Shown: positions 18,700 through 28,469, counted from the first letter of the stretch. The stretch is 64,000 nucleotides of DNA from Deltaproteobacteria bacterium (GCA_011526585.1 WYBB01000243.1:16495-80494), one strand, 5' to 3'. Numbers and translations: made by a program. Notes: generated by a model not told the origin, from the sequence alone.

Positions 18700-19335
18700 T
18701 CAATAGGGCTCGAACGGCGGCCGCGCCCGCTGCACGAAGCTCGTCACGCTCGGCCGCTCCCACTGCGCGCGCGCGTACTCGTGCAGGCCATCCGGCAGCA
18801 CGTCCCCGTTCAAGATCAACCGGTGCAGCATGAAGCCCAGATCGGCGTCGGCGATCGACCAGCTCTTGAACAAGCTCGTCGCGCCCGCCGGCACGAGCCG
18901 CGACGCCACCGCGACCAGCTTGTCGGCCGAGTTCTGCCCCCGCGTCGACAGCGGCTTCTTCGCGCGCTCGTAGAACATCGTCGAGGTCGGCCGCTCTTCG
19001 CGCAGCGCCATCAGATCACTGCGCAACCACGCCATGACCTGCCGCGCGCGCGCGCGCTCCTCGGGGTGCGCCGGGAAGAGCCGCGGCCCGTCGAACGCCT
19101 CGTCGACGTACTCGGCGATCGCGCTCGACTCGGCCAGCGTGAAGTCGCCGTGCTCCAGCATCGGCACCCGCCCGGTGATCGAGCGCTTGAGGTAGGCCTC
19201 CTGCTTGTGCTCCGCGTCGCCGAGCGAGAGCTCGACCACGTCGTAGGCCACGCCCTTCTCCTCGAGCGCGACATACGCGGTGAACGCGTAGGGACTGATC
19301 CAGAAGCGATCGACGTACAACGTGCATTCGGCCAT
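18700..19335 (-). CDS. yfcF: Glutathione S-transferase, YfcF-like
   Basis: LYVDRFWISPYA, ESSAIAEY, AWLRSDLMALREERPT, WSIADADL. Confidence 0.88.
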   Translation of the reverse strand: MAECTLYVDRFWISPYAFTAYVALEEKGVAYDVVELSLGDAEHKQEAYLKRSITGRVPMLEHGDFTLAESSAIAEYVDEAFDGPRLFPAHPEERARARQVMAWLRSDLMALREERPTSTMFYERAKKPLSTRGQNSADKLVAVASRLVPAGATSLFKSWSIADADLGFMLHRLILNGDVLPDGLHEYARAQWERPSVTSFVQRARPPFEPY

Positions 19336-19362
19336 GACGGTCTCGCTCTCGCTGGTCTCTAC

Positions 19363-20037
19363 TCAGTGACCGATCCACCCGGTCGCGTAGCTCCCATCCG
19401 ATGCCACGTCTTCGGGCGCAGCGCGATAGCGCGCGTCGATAAAACTCTGCAACGAAGCGTTGACCTCGTCGTCGAGGCACTCCGCCTCCCACACCGCCTG
19501 CCACGCCACCACCGCCACGACGCTCGGTAACCCGGGGTACGGCGTCATCACCCAGCGGAACGGCCCGCCCTCGTCCTCGGCCTGCGCGCGCGCAAACTCC
19601 CTGAGCGACGCGATCACGCTCTCGCTCGCGCACGGGTCATAGAGGAACGCGATCCCCCCGTGCTCGAGGTTGTGCAGCCACCGCTGCGGCGGCAGGTAGT
19701 CGTACTCGCCCCAGCGCGCCCACGCCGGCCGGTGGTCGCCCGACGACGGCGGCACCTCCTCATAGGTGATCGGCGTGCCGTCGGGGATGTGCGCCTGGCC
19801 GAGGTTGTCGCGCTCACTCACCGTCGCCGGCCCGCAACTCATCGCCACCGGGATCCGCCCGCCCGTGCACTGCGCGTCTATCCGATCGATGTCGCTCTCA
19901 CCGATCTCGCCGCCCGTCATCTCGCCGCCCGCGTCGCCGGTCTCGCGCGCGTCGCTCGCGTCGACCCCCGGCTCGTCCTCCAGGCACCCGAGCCCCGCGC
20001 TCACCGTTACCACCAGCATCCCGATCCACGTCTTCAT
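19363..20037 (-). CDS. DUF3105-domain lipoprotein
   Basis: Lipobox GLGC; PPSSGDH, LHNLEHGGI, VAVVAW. Confidence 0.82.
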   Translation of the reverse strand: MKTWIGMLVVTVSAGLGCLEDEPGVDASDARETGDAGGEMTGGEIGESDIDRIDAQCTGGRIPVAMSCGPATVSERDNLGQAHIPDGTPITYEEVPPSSGDHRPAWARWGEYDYLPPQRWLHNLEHGGIAFLYDPCASESVIASLREFARAQAEDEGGPFRWVMTPYPGLPSVVAVVAWQAVWEAECLDDEVNASLQSFIDARYRAAPEDVASDGSYATGWIGH

Positions 20038-20047
20038 GACACCTCGC

Positions 20048-23000
20048 TCATCCTCCGGTCGTAGCGCCGATGAGCCTCACCGTCGACCCCGTCGCCGACT
20101 TGTCGACGACCAGCCGCTCCGGCATGCGCTGCGCCAGCTCCGCGACGTGCGTGATGATCCCGACCAGCCTTCCCGGGCGCCTGAGCCCCTCGACCGCCTC
20201 GGTCACCGTCTCGAGCGTCTCCGGATCGAGCGTGCCAAAGCCCTCGTCGATGAAGATGCAGTCGAGATCGACCCGCCCGGCTTTGGCCCGGATCTGCTCC
20301 GAGAGCTCGAGCGCCATCGCCAGCGACGCGAGGAACGTCTCCCCGCCCGAGAGGGTGTCGGTGCTCCGCCGCTCGCCCGCGTGGTCGAGATCGACGACCA
20401 GGAAGCCCGCGCTCGAGTCCGCCGCCATGCGATAGCGCCCCCCCGACAGCGCGAAGAGCCGCTCCGACGCCCCGCGCACCAGGTCGGCGATCACCTCCTC
20501 CAGCATGAACTCCTGGAAGTGCTTGGCGCTCAGGTCGTCGCTCAGCCGCTTGTACACCTGCAGCTGCCGCGCCTTGTCCTCGTGCTCGGCCTTGAGCCCG
20601 CCCGCGCGCAGGAGCCGCTCGCGCGCCTCGCCGAGCTTCTGCCCGAGCACCGCCGTCCGCTCTGCCGCCCCCCGGTCCCGCGCCGCCAGCTCTCCGACCG
20701 CCGCCCGCTTCGCCTCGACCTCGGCCGCGCCCGCGCGCGCCGGCCCGAGCGCCCTGACCACCGCCGCCCGCTCGGCGATCCTCGCTGCCCGGTCCGCCTT
20801 GTGCGCCGCGACCTGCTGCTCGGCCGCCGCCAGCTCCTCCGCGCCGAGCGCCTCGCTGCGCACGTCCTCGACCGTCCACCCCTCCTCGGCCAGCGCTCCG
20901 ACCGCCGCCGCCCGCTCGGCCTCGGCCTCGTCGCGCGCGCCGCGCACCTGCCCGTGCTCGGCCTCGGCCACCGCCACCGCCTCGGCCGCCCTGGTCTTGT
21001 CCCGCAGCGCCGCCTCGTGCGCTTCGACGAGCCCAGCGATCGCCCGCTCCGCCGCCTTGCGTTCCTTCCTCGGATCGATCTCGCCGAGCCCGCTCGCCGA
21101 AGCCGCTCCGCCGCCGCCCATGAGCTCCGCCAGCGCCGCCTCGACCGCCGCCCGCCGCGCCGCGATCGCCTCGCCCGCGCGCTCCTCCTCGCCCGCCCGC
21201 TGCTCGGCCGCGCGCCGCAGCGCCTCACCGCGGACCTCGTCCTCGCGCGCCCGCTCCAGCGCGCTCCGCTTCGCGCTCAGCGCCGCCTCGTGCGCCTCGC
21301 GCCGCTTCGCGCCCTCCTGCCGCCGCGCCAGCCCCGCGCTGAAGCGCGCCTCGACCGCCCCTTCGCCCGCCCCGACCACCTCGTCGACCACCGCGCCGAG
21401 CGCCGCCTCGTCCGCCGCGATCTGCGCACGCGCTCCCTCGACCCGCGCGCTCGCCTCGCTCGCCCGCGCCGTCGCCTCGTCGGACCTCACGCGCGCCTCG
21501 GCCGCCTTGCCCCGCGCGCGCTCGGCCTCTCCCCGCCGCCGCTCGGCGAGCTTCTTCGCCGCCTCCAGCGCCGCCCGCGCGCCTTCGACCGCCGACCCCG
21601 CCGCCGCCGCCGGCACGACCGTCACCACCTGCTCGCACACCGGGCACGCCTCGCCGACGTGCAGGTGCTCGCGCACGAGCGCGACCCGCGCCGCCTGCTC
21701 CGCCGCCGCCAGCGCCGCCGCCGCCGCCTCGCGCGCCACCTCGGCCTCGACCTCGGCGTGCTCGCGCCGCTTGCGCTCGGCCTCGGCCTCGGCCAGCGCC
21801 TCCTCCGCGCGCTCGACCGCCTCGCGCGCCGCCCCGAGCGCCGCCTCCTCGCGCCCGAGCGCCGCCCGCCCGAGCACAATCCGCGCCGCCACCTCGCGCA
21901 GCGCCTCCCAGCGCAAGAGCTCCTCGGCCGCCACCGCCGGCACCTCGGCCGCCTCCAGCGCCTTCAGCGCCGCCGTCTCCGCCTCGCGCCGCCCGGCCGC
22001 CTCGGCCTCGGCCGCGACCGCCGCCGCCAGCTCCGCCCGCGCCCGCCGGAGCCTCTCCACCTGCGCCGCCTCCTCCGCCACCAGCGCCTCGCGCTGCTCG
22101 AAGCGCCCGCGCGCCTCGTCCAGCCGCGCGATCCGCGCCCGCAGCGCGACGACCTGCTCGGCCGCGATCTCGGCCGCGCGCGCTCGGCCCTCGGCCTCCT
22201 CCAGCGCCTGCCGCGCCGCGCGCACGCGCGCCTCGTGCGCCGTGACCCGCGCACCCAGGTCCTTCACGCGCGCCTCGCTCGCCGCGATACGCTCGACGAT
22301 CCCGGTCAGCGGCAAGACCGCGCGCGCCCGCGCCGCGCGCTCGGACAGCGAGGTGATCATCGCCTCGCGCCCCTCGATCACGACCAGCGCCTCGTCGATC
22401 TTCACGAGCCGCTGGCACTCCGCAAAGACCCGCTCGGTCTCCGCGAGCGCCACCCGCGCCCGCTCGACCTCGTCCGCCAGCCGCGCCGCCTCGCGCTGCG
22501 CGTGTGCGACCTCGAGCTCCAGGCTCGCGATCGCCTCCTCGCTCGCGTCGGAGAGATCGCCTGCGAGCTGCCGCGCCAGCGCGTCGACCTCACCCCCGAG
22601 GCGGCTCGCCAGCTCGGCCGCTTTGTTCCTCATCGCGGCGTAGATCTGCAACCCCAGTAATTCACTGAGGATCTTGCGGCGCTCCGCCGGCTGCGAGGCG
22701 AGGAACTCCTGGAACTTGCCTTGCGGCAGGATCACCGCCTGCTGGAACGCGGCGCCGTCGATCCCCAGCAGCGTCTTGATCTCGCGCTGTACGTCCTGCA
22801 CTCCATCGCACTTCTTCTTCTCGACGTGCGCGCCGTCCTCCCCCTCGGCCACCAGCTCGGCGAGGATCGCCTGGCTCGGTCGCTTGTGGCTCAGCGTCCG
22901 CGCCACGCGCCAGGTCGTGCCGCGCAGCGCGAAGTCGAGCGTGACCGAGAGCCCGCTCCGCCCGTGCGCGATCAGCTCGCTCAGGCCCTTCTTGCCCATG

Positions 23001-23164
23001 CGCGGCACGATCCCGTAGAGCGCGAGGATCATCGCGTCGAGGAGGCTCGACTTGCCCGCGCCGGTCGGCCCCTCGATCGCGACCAGCTCGAGCTTGGTGA
23101 AGTCGATCACCGCCGGCTCGCGAAAGCACGTGAGCCCGCTCACCTCGAGCTTGAGCGGCCTCAC
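20048..23164 (-). CDS. sbcC: SbcC/Rad50 SMC-like ATPase
   Basis: GPTGAGKSS, LPQGKF, central CPVC zinc hook, coiled coils, LSGGE, FIDEGFGTLD, IITH; GTG start overlapping the sbcD stop. Confidence 0.95.
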   Translation of the reverse strand: MRPLKLEVSGLTCFREPAVIDFTKLELVAIEGPTGAGKSSLLDAMILALYGIVPRMGKKGLSELIAHGRSGLSVTLDFALRGTTWRVARTLSHKRPSQAILAELVAEGEDGAHVEKKKCDGVQDVQREIKTLLGIDGAAFQQAVILPQGKFQEFLASQPAERRKILSELLGLQIYAAMRNKAAELASRLGGEVDALARQLAGDLSDASEEAIASLELEVAHAQREAARLADEVERARVALAETERVFAECQRLVKIDEALVVIEGREAMITSLSERAARARAVLPLTGIVERIAASEARVKDLGARVTAHEARVRAARQALEEAEGRARAAEIAAEQVVALRARIARLDEARGRFEQREALVAEEAAQVERLRRARAELAAAVAAEAEAAGRREAETAALKALEAAEVPAVAAEELLRWEALREVAARIVLGRAALGREEAALGAAREAVERAEEALAEAEAERKRREHAEVEAEVAREAAAAALAAAEQAARVALVREHLHVGEACPVCEQVVTVVPAAAAGSAVEGARAALEAAKKLAERRRGEAERARGKAAEARVRSDEATARASEASARVEGARAQIAADEAALGAVVDEVVGAGEGAVEARFSAGLARRQEGAKRREAHEAALSAKRSALERAREDEVRGEALRRAAEQRAGEEERAGEAIAARRAAVEAALAELMGGGGAASASGLGEIDPRKERKAAERAIAGLVEAHEAALRDKTRAAEAVAVAEAEHGQVRGARDEAEAERAAAVGALAEEGWTVEDVRSEALGAEELAAAEQQVAAHKADRAARIAERAAVVRALGPARAGAAEVEAKRAAVGELAARDRGAAERTAVLGQKLGEARERLLRAGGLKAEHEDKARQLQVYKRLSDDLSAKHFQEFMLEEVIADLVRGASERLFALSGGRYRMAADSSAGFLVVDLDHAGERRSTDTLSGGETFLASLAMALELSEQIRAKAGRVDLDCIFIDEGFGTLDPETLETVTEAVEGLRRPGRLVGIITHVAELAQRMPERLVVDKSATGSTVRLIGATTGG

Positions 23165-24330
23165 GCCTCGTCCCCCGCCGCCGCCGCCCCGTCCTCGACC
23201 GCGCGCCACAGCTCGGCGAAGGCCTCGAGCACCGCCGGCTCCGGCGCGGTCTGATGGCGCCGCTCGCAGTACGCCTTGTAGAGCTCGATCGGGCTCGCGT
23301 CACGTTGTGGTCGCTCCCTCGCGAGCTCCGCCACCTCGGGCAGCCGCACCTGCACCGCGACCGCGTTGGGCACCAGATCCTTCACGCGCTTGACGACGTC
23401 GGCCTCCATCTCCTCGAGCTTCAGGTACACGCGCAGGTGCCCCGCCGCCGTCAGCGCCTCGGCCTGCGCCGCGAGCTCCTCCCAGCCGCCCTCGAAGGTC
23501 TTGAGCGGCGTGCCGCCCTCGTACGGCACGCGCAGCACCTGCGCCGGCGCGCCCGGCTTCGCGTCGATCAAGACGAAGGACTTGTCCTCGCCCTCCTCGC
23601 CGAAGTCGAGCTGCAGCGGCGAGCCCGCGTACTCGACCGCGTGGCGCAGCGACTGCGGCTTGTGGATGTGTCCGAGCGCGACGTAGCTCGCCGCCGACGG
23701 CAGCTGCTCGGGCGTGACCGCCCACTGATCGCCGAGGTGCACCGCCCGCTCCGAGCGCGCGAGCTTGGCGCCCTCGACGTGGGTGTGCGCCATCAGCACG
23801 TTGACCGCGTCGCCGCGAAAGCCGGTCGACAGATGCGCGGCGAGGTTCGCCACGCCGGCGGCGTAGCTCGAGATCGCCTTCGTCTCGTCGCCGAGCCCCT
23901 CGGCGTCGACGAACCAGCGCATCGGCGCGAACGGGATCGGCGCGATGAGCGCCGTCTCCCTGCCATCGCGCGAGTCGATCGCGATGAGGCCGCCGTGCTC
24001 GATGCGCCTCGGCCGCGCCACGCAGCGGATCTGCCCGAGCTCGGCGAAGGTGCCCCACGCCGCCAGCCGCCGCGGGTCGTCGTGGTTGCCCGCGATGACG
24101 ATCACCGGGCAGGTCCGGCCGATGCGCTTGAGCAGCTCGAAGACCAGGCGCTCGGCGTCGGGGTGCGGCGCGCCGCTGTCGAAGACGTCGCCGCTCATCA
24201 GCACGAGGTCGACCCGCTCGCGCTCGATCTGATCGACCATCGAGCCGAGCGCGCGCCCGAGCTCCTCCAGGCGTGGCACCCGCTTCCACAGGCGCCCGGC
24301 GTGCCAGTCGCTGGTGTGTACGATCCTCAA
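23161..24330 (-). CDS. sbcD: SbcD/Mre11 nuclease
   Basis: HTSDWH, GDVFD, AGNHD, AHTH, LGHIH, YAGSP. Confidence 0.95.
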   Translation of the reverse strand: MRIVHTSDWHAGRLWKRVPRLEELGRALGSMVDQIERERVDLVLMSGDVFDSGAPHPDAERLVFELLKRIGRTCPVIVIAGNHDDPRRLAAWGTFAELGQIRCVARPRRIEHGGLIAIDSRDGRETALIAPIPFAPMRWFVDAEGLGDETKAISSYAAGVANLAAHLSTGFRGDAVNVLMAHTHVEGAKLARSERAVHLGDQWAVTPEQLPSAASYVALGHIHKPQSLRHAVEYAGSPLQLDFGEEGEDKSFVLIDAKPGAPAQVLRVPYEGGTPLKTFEGGWEELAAQAEALTAAGHLRVYLKLEEMEADVVKRVKDLVPNAVAVQVRLPEVAELARERPQRDASPIELYKAYCERRHQTAPEPAVLEAFAELWRAVEDGAAAAGDEA

Positions 24331-24340
24331 GCGGCGCGCC

Positions 24341-26026
24341 TCAATCGATCCCCGCGAAGGGATCCCGGCTGGCCGACGCCGCGACCTCCGAGCGCTTCGT
24401 CGCCCAGCCCGGCCGCGGGAACGAGACCAGCATCGGCGTCGGGATCTGCGGCTGTGACACGATCATCGTGCCGGGCTTCAGGATCGTCGCGCGGTCGCGC
24501 GCCGCGCGCGTCAGAAAGCCGTACTCGCCGCGCTCGGCCTCGGCGGCGTCGAGGCGCCCGACGATGCGCAGCGCCGCGTTGGCGACGACGCGCCGCTCGA
24601 CCTCGGACGCGGTCTGCTGCGCGCCGAAGAGCGAGACCCCGAGGCTCCGCCCGCGCTCGGCGATGTCGAGCACGATGTCCTGGATCGGGCTCCAGCCGCT
24701 CCTGGGCGCGTACTTGTTCAGCTCGTCGAGCACGACGAAGGTGAGCGGGCTCGCCCCGTCGCGCTCCATCAGCCGCTTGAGCACCGCGCCGACGACGAAG
24801 GTCTGCGCGGACGCGTGCAGGCGGTGCAGGTCGATGACGCTGACCTGGTGCTTGTCCCAGTCGATCTTCGCGCGCCTGCACCCATCGTGGTCGGCCCGCA
24901 CGAGGTGGCCCATGCGCGAGGCGGCCATGCGCAGCCGCCTTCGGAACGCGTCCTGGGTCGGGGCGGCGACGTTCTGTCCGCCGAGGATCTGCCCGAGCTT
25001 CTGATCGATCACGTCGACCAGCTCGGAGAAGGTCTGGCAACGCACGCCGTCGACGAGCAGCGTGCCCTGCGGATCCGGGGAGTCATGGGCGGCCCGCGCC
25101 AGAAACGCCGCCACCCGCTCGGCGACGAAGGAGAGCTGCTGGCGCGTGTCGTCGGCGTCGCTCACCGCGAAGCGCAGGAGCTGCTCGCGCGCGAACTCGA
25201 CCAGCGTCCACAGGTACGGCGCGACCCCCTCCTGGCGCTCGCCGGTGTCGGGCACCGGCACGAGCACGTGGTTCTTCGCCGGCGCGAAGAGGCCGACCGA
25301 CGAGAACGGCCCGACCGGCAGCCCGAGCTTGTCCCAGCGGGCCTGGTCCTCGAGCGAGAGCCGCGCGTTCGGCTTGTCGAGCCAGAGCAGGTCCTCGCCC
25401 TTGACGTTGAAGATCAGCGCCTTGGTGTTCGCCGTCTCCGCGCCGAGCACGCCCGAGCGAAAGAGCGAGTACAACAGGAACGTTGCGTAGGTCGTCTTGG
25501 TCGCCACGCCCGACACGCCCGAGACCGACGCGTGCGCGCCGCGCCGCCCGTTCATGAACTCGAGATCGGCGTAGACCTTCTGGCCGTTGCGGGTGAGCCC
25601 GATCGGGACCTTGTGCTCCATCTCATCGAAGAACAAGGCCTTTTCGTAGGCGAGCCCGCGCACGAGCCGCACCTCGTCGCCCGGCGTCGGCGGGAAGAAG
25701 ACCTCGGGCTCGACGCGGGTGATGCGCACGTGGCCCGCGTAGCTCACCTCGGCGGGCAGCTTGCCCTCCTTGACGCGGAAGGCGTCCGAGTCGAAGTGTG
25801 TGCCTTCGTGGCGCTTTCGCACCTGGTCGACCACCCCGTAGAAGCGCACCGCGCGGTTCTGGGCGTCCTGGCTCACGACGGCGACGAGGTCGTCGAGCTG
25901 CAGATCGCAGCCCGGGCGCACCGCGACCCAGAGCTCGAGCGGGGTCGCGTCCTGCGATCCGAGCACCACCCCGACCGCGGTCTCGGCCGAGAGATCTTCG
26001 AAGGCCCTGTCGTCGTCTTGGCTCAT
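24341..26026 (-). CDS. herA: HerA-family ATPase/DNA translocase
   Basis: N-terminal HAS-barrel-like region; Walker A variant SGVSGVATKT; FNVKGED; VVLDELNKYAP; ERGRSLG; GAQQ. Start ATG 26026 overlaps the nurA stop. Confidence 0.9.
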   Translation of the reverse strand: MSQDDDRAFEDLSAETAVGVVLGSQDATPLELWVAVRPGCDLQLDDLVAVVSQDAQNRAVRFYGVVDQVRKRHEGTHFDSDAFRVKEGKLPAEVSYAGHVRITRVEPEVFFPPTPGDEVRLVRGLAYEKALFFDEMEHKVPIGLTRNGQKVYADLEFMNGRRGAHASVSGVSGVATKTTYATFLLYSLFRSGVLGAETANTKALIFNVKGEDLLWLDKPNARLSLEDQARWDKLGLPVGPFSSVGLFAPAKNHVLVPVPDTGERQEGVAPYLWTLVEFAREQLLRFAVSDADDTRQQLSFVAERVAAFLARAAHDSPDPQGTLLVDGVRCQTFSELVDVIDQKLGQILGGQNVAAPTQDAFRRRLRMAASRMGHLVRADHDGCRRAKIDWDKHQVSVIDLHRLHASAQTFVVGAVLKRLMERDGASPLTFVVLDELNKYAPRSGWSPIQDIVLDIAERGRSLGVSLFGAQQTASEVERRVVANAALRIVGRLDAAEAERGEYGFLTRAARDRATILKPGTMIVSQPQIPTPMLVSFPRPGWATKRSEVAASASRDPFAGID

Positions 26027-27099
26027 GCCGTCTTCTTCGTGCGCTGGACGCGCACCAGCGTTTCGAGTTGTCGGCGGATCAGCAGTTGATCGCCGAGCGC
26101 GCGCCGAAGATGCTGCTCCAGCGCGCCGATCGGCAAGAGGTTCTGCGGCGCCCGCGCATCGAAGCCGCGCGCCGGCGCGAACTCCGGCAGGGTGCGCGCC
26201 GCCAGATCGGAGAGGCTCGCCGCGCGCTCGCGCCCGACGTGCTCGTGCAGCTCGATGCGCATGAGCCCCGAGGTCGGCGGGTCGCTCGGGTCGTTGTCGG
26301 CCAGGCGCAGGAAGCACGAGTAGCGCGGGTAGCGCCCGCCGATGTGGAAGAGCGGCGTGCGCTGGCCCAGGCGCAGCGCGACGAGCTGCGGCCACAGCGC
26401 CCGCGGCAGGTAGAGCTCGTGAAGCCGCTTGACCGCGCCGAGCGCGAGCCCGCGCTGCTTGTCCTCGAACGAGAGCGGCCCGTCCATCACGACGAGGCGG
26501 CCCTCGACGGCGGCGAGCTCGCGCCCGAGCGCCTCCTCGGCGACGCGCATCTGGCGGTGCAGCCGGATCTGCGGCGCCTGCGGGTCGTTCTGGTCGATGG
26601 CGGCGCCGAGGTAGATCACGCCCTCGGACAGCGGCACGTCCGGCACCTCGCGACCGCCGCCGATCAAGAGCGCGCGCCCGACGCGCTCGACGAGGAACGC
26701 CGCCTCGCGCGGGCGGGTCGCGCTCGGCCTGGACCGCACCTCGACCGCACCGACCGCGAACGACCCGAAGGCGCCGTAGCATACGAACGGCGCCTCGCCC
26801 GCGTCGCCCGGGTCATCGTCGGCGAGCACGCGCATCACGCGCAGGTCGATCCGCCTGACCCCGTCGACGAAGCAGACCGACTCCGGCAGCGCGACCGCCG
26901 GCGGCGTGATCGGCGCCCAGCCCTCGGCGGCCACCTCGACGTCGAGGCGCACCTCCGGGCCGTCCTCGCCGTCACCCTCGGGGTCGAGGCTCACCTCGGC
27001 GCCCTGCTCGACCGCCCAGGGATCGATGCGCAGGTCCAGGCCCCCGAGTGGGTCAGCGGCGAGCGGATCGGCCACGCGCTCAGCTCCGTTCGTACTCAT
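26023..27099 (-). CDS. nurA: NurA-family nuclease
   Basis: FVDGVRR, VVMDGPL, GAVKR, RAPQNLLPIGALE; directly upstream of herA. Confidence 0.85.
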   Translation of the reverse strand: MSTNGAERVADPLAADPLGGLDLRIDPWAVEQGAEVSLDPEGDGEDGPEVRLDVEVAAEGWAPITPPAVALPESVCFVDGVRRIDLRVMRVLADDDPGDAGEAPFVCYGAFGSFAVGAVEVRSRPSATRPREAAFLVERVGRALLIGGGREVPDVPLSEGVIYLGAAIDQNDPQAPQIRLHRQMRVAEEALGRELAAVEGRLVVMDGPLSFEDKQRGLALGAVKRLHELYLPRALWPQLVALRLGQRTPLFHIGGRYPRYSCFLRLADNDPSDPPTSGLMRIELHEHVGRERAASLSDLAARTLPEFAPARGFDARAPQNLLPIGALEQHLRRALGDQLLIRRQLETLVRVQRTKKTA

Positions 27100-27203
27100 C
27101 AGCGCGTGCGCCGTGGATCCAAGATGGTCCGACCGCGGGCCCGATCACACATCGAGCTCCGCAGTCGGACGTGTTCTTCTTGGAGAGAGAACAATGAAAA
27201 GGA

Positions 27204-27219
27204 CTGAACACGCATTCAG
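27204..27219 (-). promoter_or_regulatory. Putative LexA (SOS) box, Myxococcus type
   Basis: Minus strand CTGAATGCGTGTTCAG matches 15 of the first 16 positions of the M. xanthus consensus CTRHAMRYBYGTTCAGS; lies in the AT-rich intergenic region 105 bp upstream of nurA. Confidence 0.7.
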
Positions 27220-27259
27220 ACGAAAAGTCCAGATCAAGCCCTCAAGTCCTTGATATTAC

Positions 27260-27787
27260 TCATAAATATTCCTCAGCCACCGCCTCGTAGATCGCCAGGT
27301 CGCGATCGCCATGGCAGCAGAAGATCACCTGCTCGATCGCCGGGTGCTGCTCGAGGAAGTCGAGCACGGTCGAGATCGCGATCTGCGCCGCGCGCTCTTT
27401 GGGGAAGCGGTAGGCCCCGGTCGAGATCGCCGGCAGCGCCACCGAGGTCGCCCCGAGCTCGAGCGCTTCGCGCATCGCGCTCTCGTAGGTCCGCGCCAGG
27501 AGCTCGTCTTCGTTCTTGTGCCCGCCCTGCCAGACCGGCCCGACCGCGTGCACGATCCACGGCGCCGGCAGGTCGAAGCCCGGCGTCGAGACCGCGCCCC
27601 CGACCTCGCAGCCCTTGAGCTCCTTGCAGGCTGCGGCCAGCTCCGGCCCGGCCGCCGCGTGGATCGCCTCGTCGACCCCACCGCCGCCCGCGAGCTCCGG
27701 GTTGGCGGCGTTGACGATCACGTCGACCGACAGGCGCGTGATGTCGCCCTGTTGGATCACCACCCGCCCATTGCGATAGCGCTGCAT
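27260..27787 (-). CDS. Macrodomain O-acetyl-ADP-ribose deacetylase (YmdB/MacroD-like)
   Basis: QGDIT, IVNAAN, GGGGVDEAIH, HAVGPVW, PAISTGAYRFP. Confidence 0.93.
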   Translation of the reverse strand: MQRYRNGRVVIQQGDITRLSVDVIVNAANPELAGGGGVDEAIHAAAGPELAAACKELKGCEVGGAVSTPGFDLPAPWIVHAVGPVWQGGHKNEDELLARTYESAMREALELGATSVALPAISTGAYRFPKERAAQIAISTVLDFLEQHPAIEQVIFCCHGDRDLAIYEAVAEEYL

Positions 27788-27893
27788 ACGGCCCCCGACG
27801 GTCCGAATCGATGTCCCGAGACGTGCCGATGGTGAGCCCATCGCCGCGCGCGCGCAACCCCGACACCCGAACACCCCACGGCCGCCCACACCC

Positions 27894-28469
27894 TCAGCCG
27901 CCGCGCATCATCTCCCACAAGCGCGTCGTCGTGTTCCAGTTGCGCACGGTCACATCCTTATATAGGGGCATCGAGCTCAGCCGGCTGAGCTGGCTCCGAC
28001 TCGCCTCGGCGATGAGGCGCGAGTAGTACAGGACGCCCGGCCCGGCCGCCGCCGCATCGACCCCGTCGCGCCTCGGCACGAGCGCGAGCGCCTGCTCGGC
28101 CGTCACCGACGCCCGGCAGAAGATCACGTCATAGCGGTACCCCTCGGGCTCCGCGCCGAACCCGGCCGGAGCGCCCGCGACGACCGCCTCGAGCTCGTCG
28201 CGGCGCTTGATGACCACGCTCGCCGCGTAGCCGAAGCGCGCCGCGAGCATCGCCTCGACCTCGCCGACCAGCGCCGCCGCGCTCTTCGCCGCCGCGCCGA
28301 AGATCACGTTGCCGCTCTGGATGTAGGTCCGAACCCCGCCGTAGCCGTGCTCGGCGAAGCACGCCTCGAGGTCCTTCATTTTGATGATGTTCTTGCCGCC
28401 GACGTTGATGCCGCGCAGCAGCGCGACGAAGGAGCTACTCGTCGTAGAGCCAGTTGCCGTTCTGATCAT
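27894..28469 (-). CDS. DUF1697 family protein
   Basis: VALLRGINVGG, TYIQSGNV, TVRNWNT; start uncertain (overlaps upstream gene). Confidence 0.85.
   Translation of the reverse strand: MIRTATGSTTSSSFVALLRGINVGGKNIIKMKDLEACFAEHGYGGVRTYIQSGNVIFGAAAKSAAALVGEVEAMLAARFGYAASVVIKRRDELEAVVAGAPAGFGAEPEGYRYDVIFCRASVTAEQALALVPRRDGVDAAAAGPGVLYYSRLIAEASRSQLSRLSSMPLYKDVTVRNWNTTTRLWEMMRGG

Noticed and set aside
24341-26782. 813-aa HerA and other long N-terminal extensions in the ORF track (29376-31232, 30437-32842, 51517-53985, 57877-59685)
   Set aside because: The extensions overlap real upstream genes in other frames; internal starts with stop/start coupling or an RBS fit better.
20048-27099. HerA/SMC anti-phage system (Sir2-HerA, Wadjet, Lamassu-like)
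   Set aside because: Partners are NurA and SbcD, SbcC has a Rad50 zinc hook, and a LexA-like box lies upstream; repair fits better.
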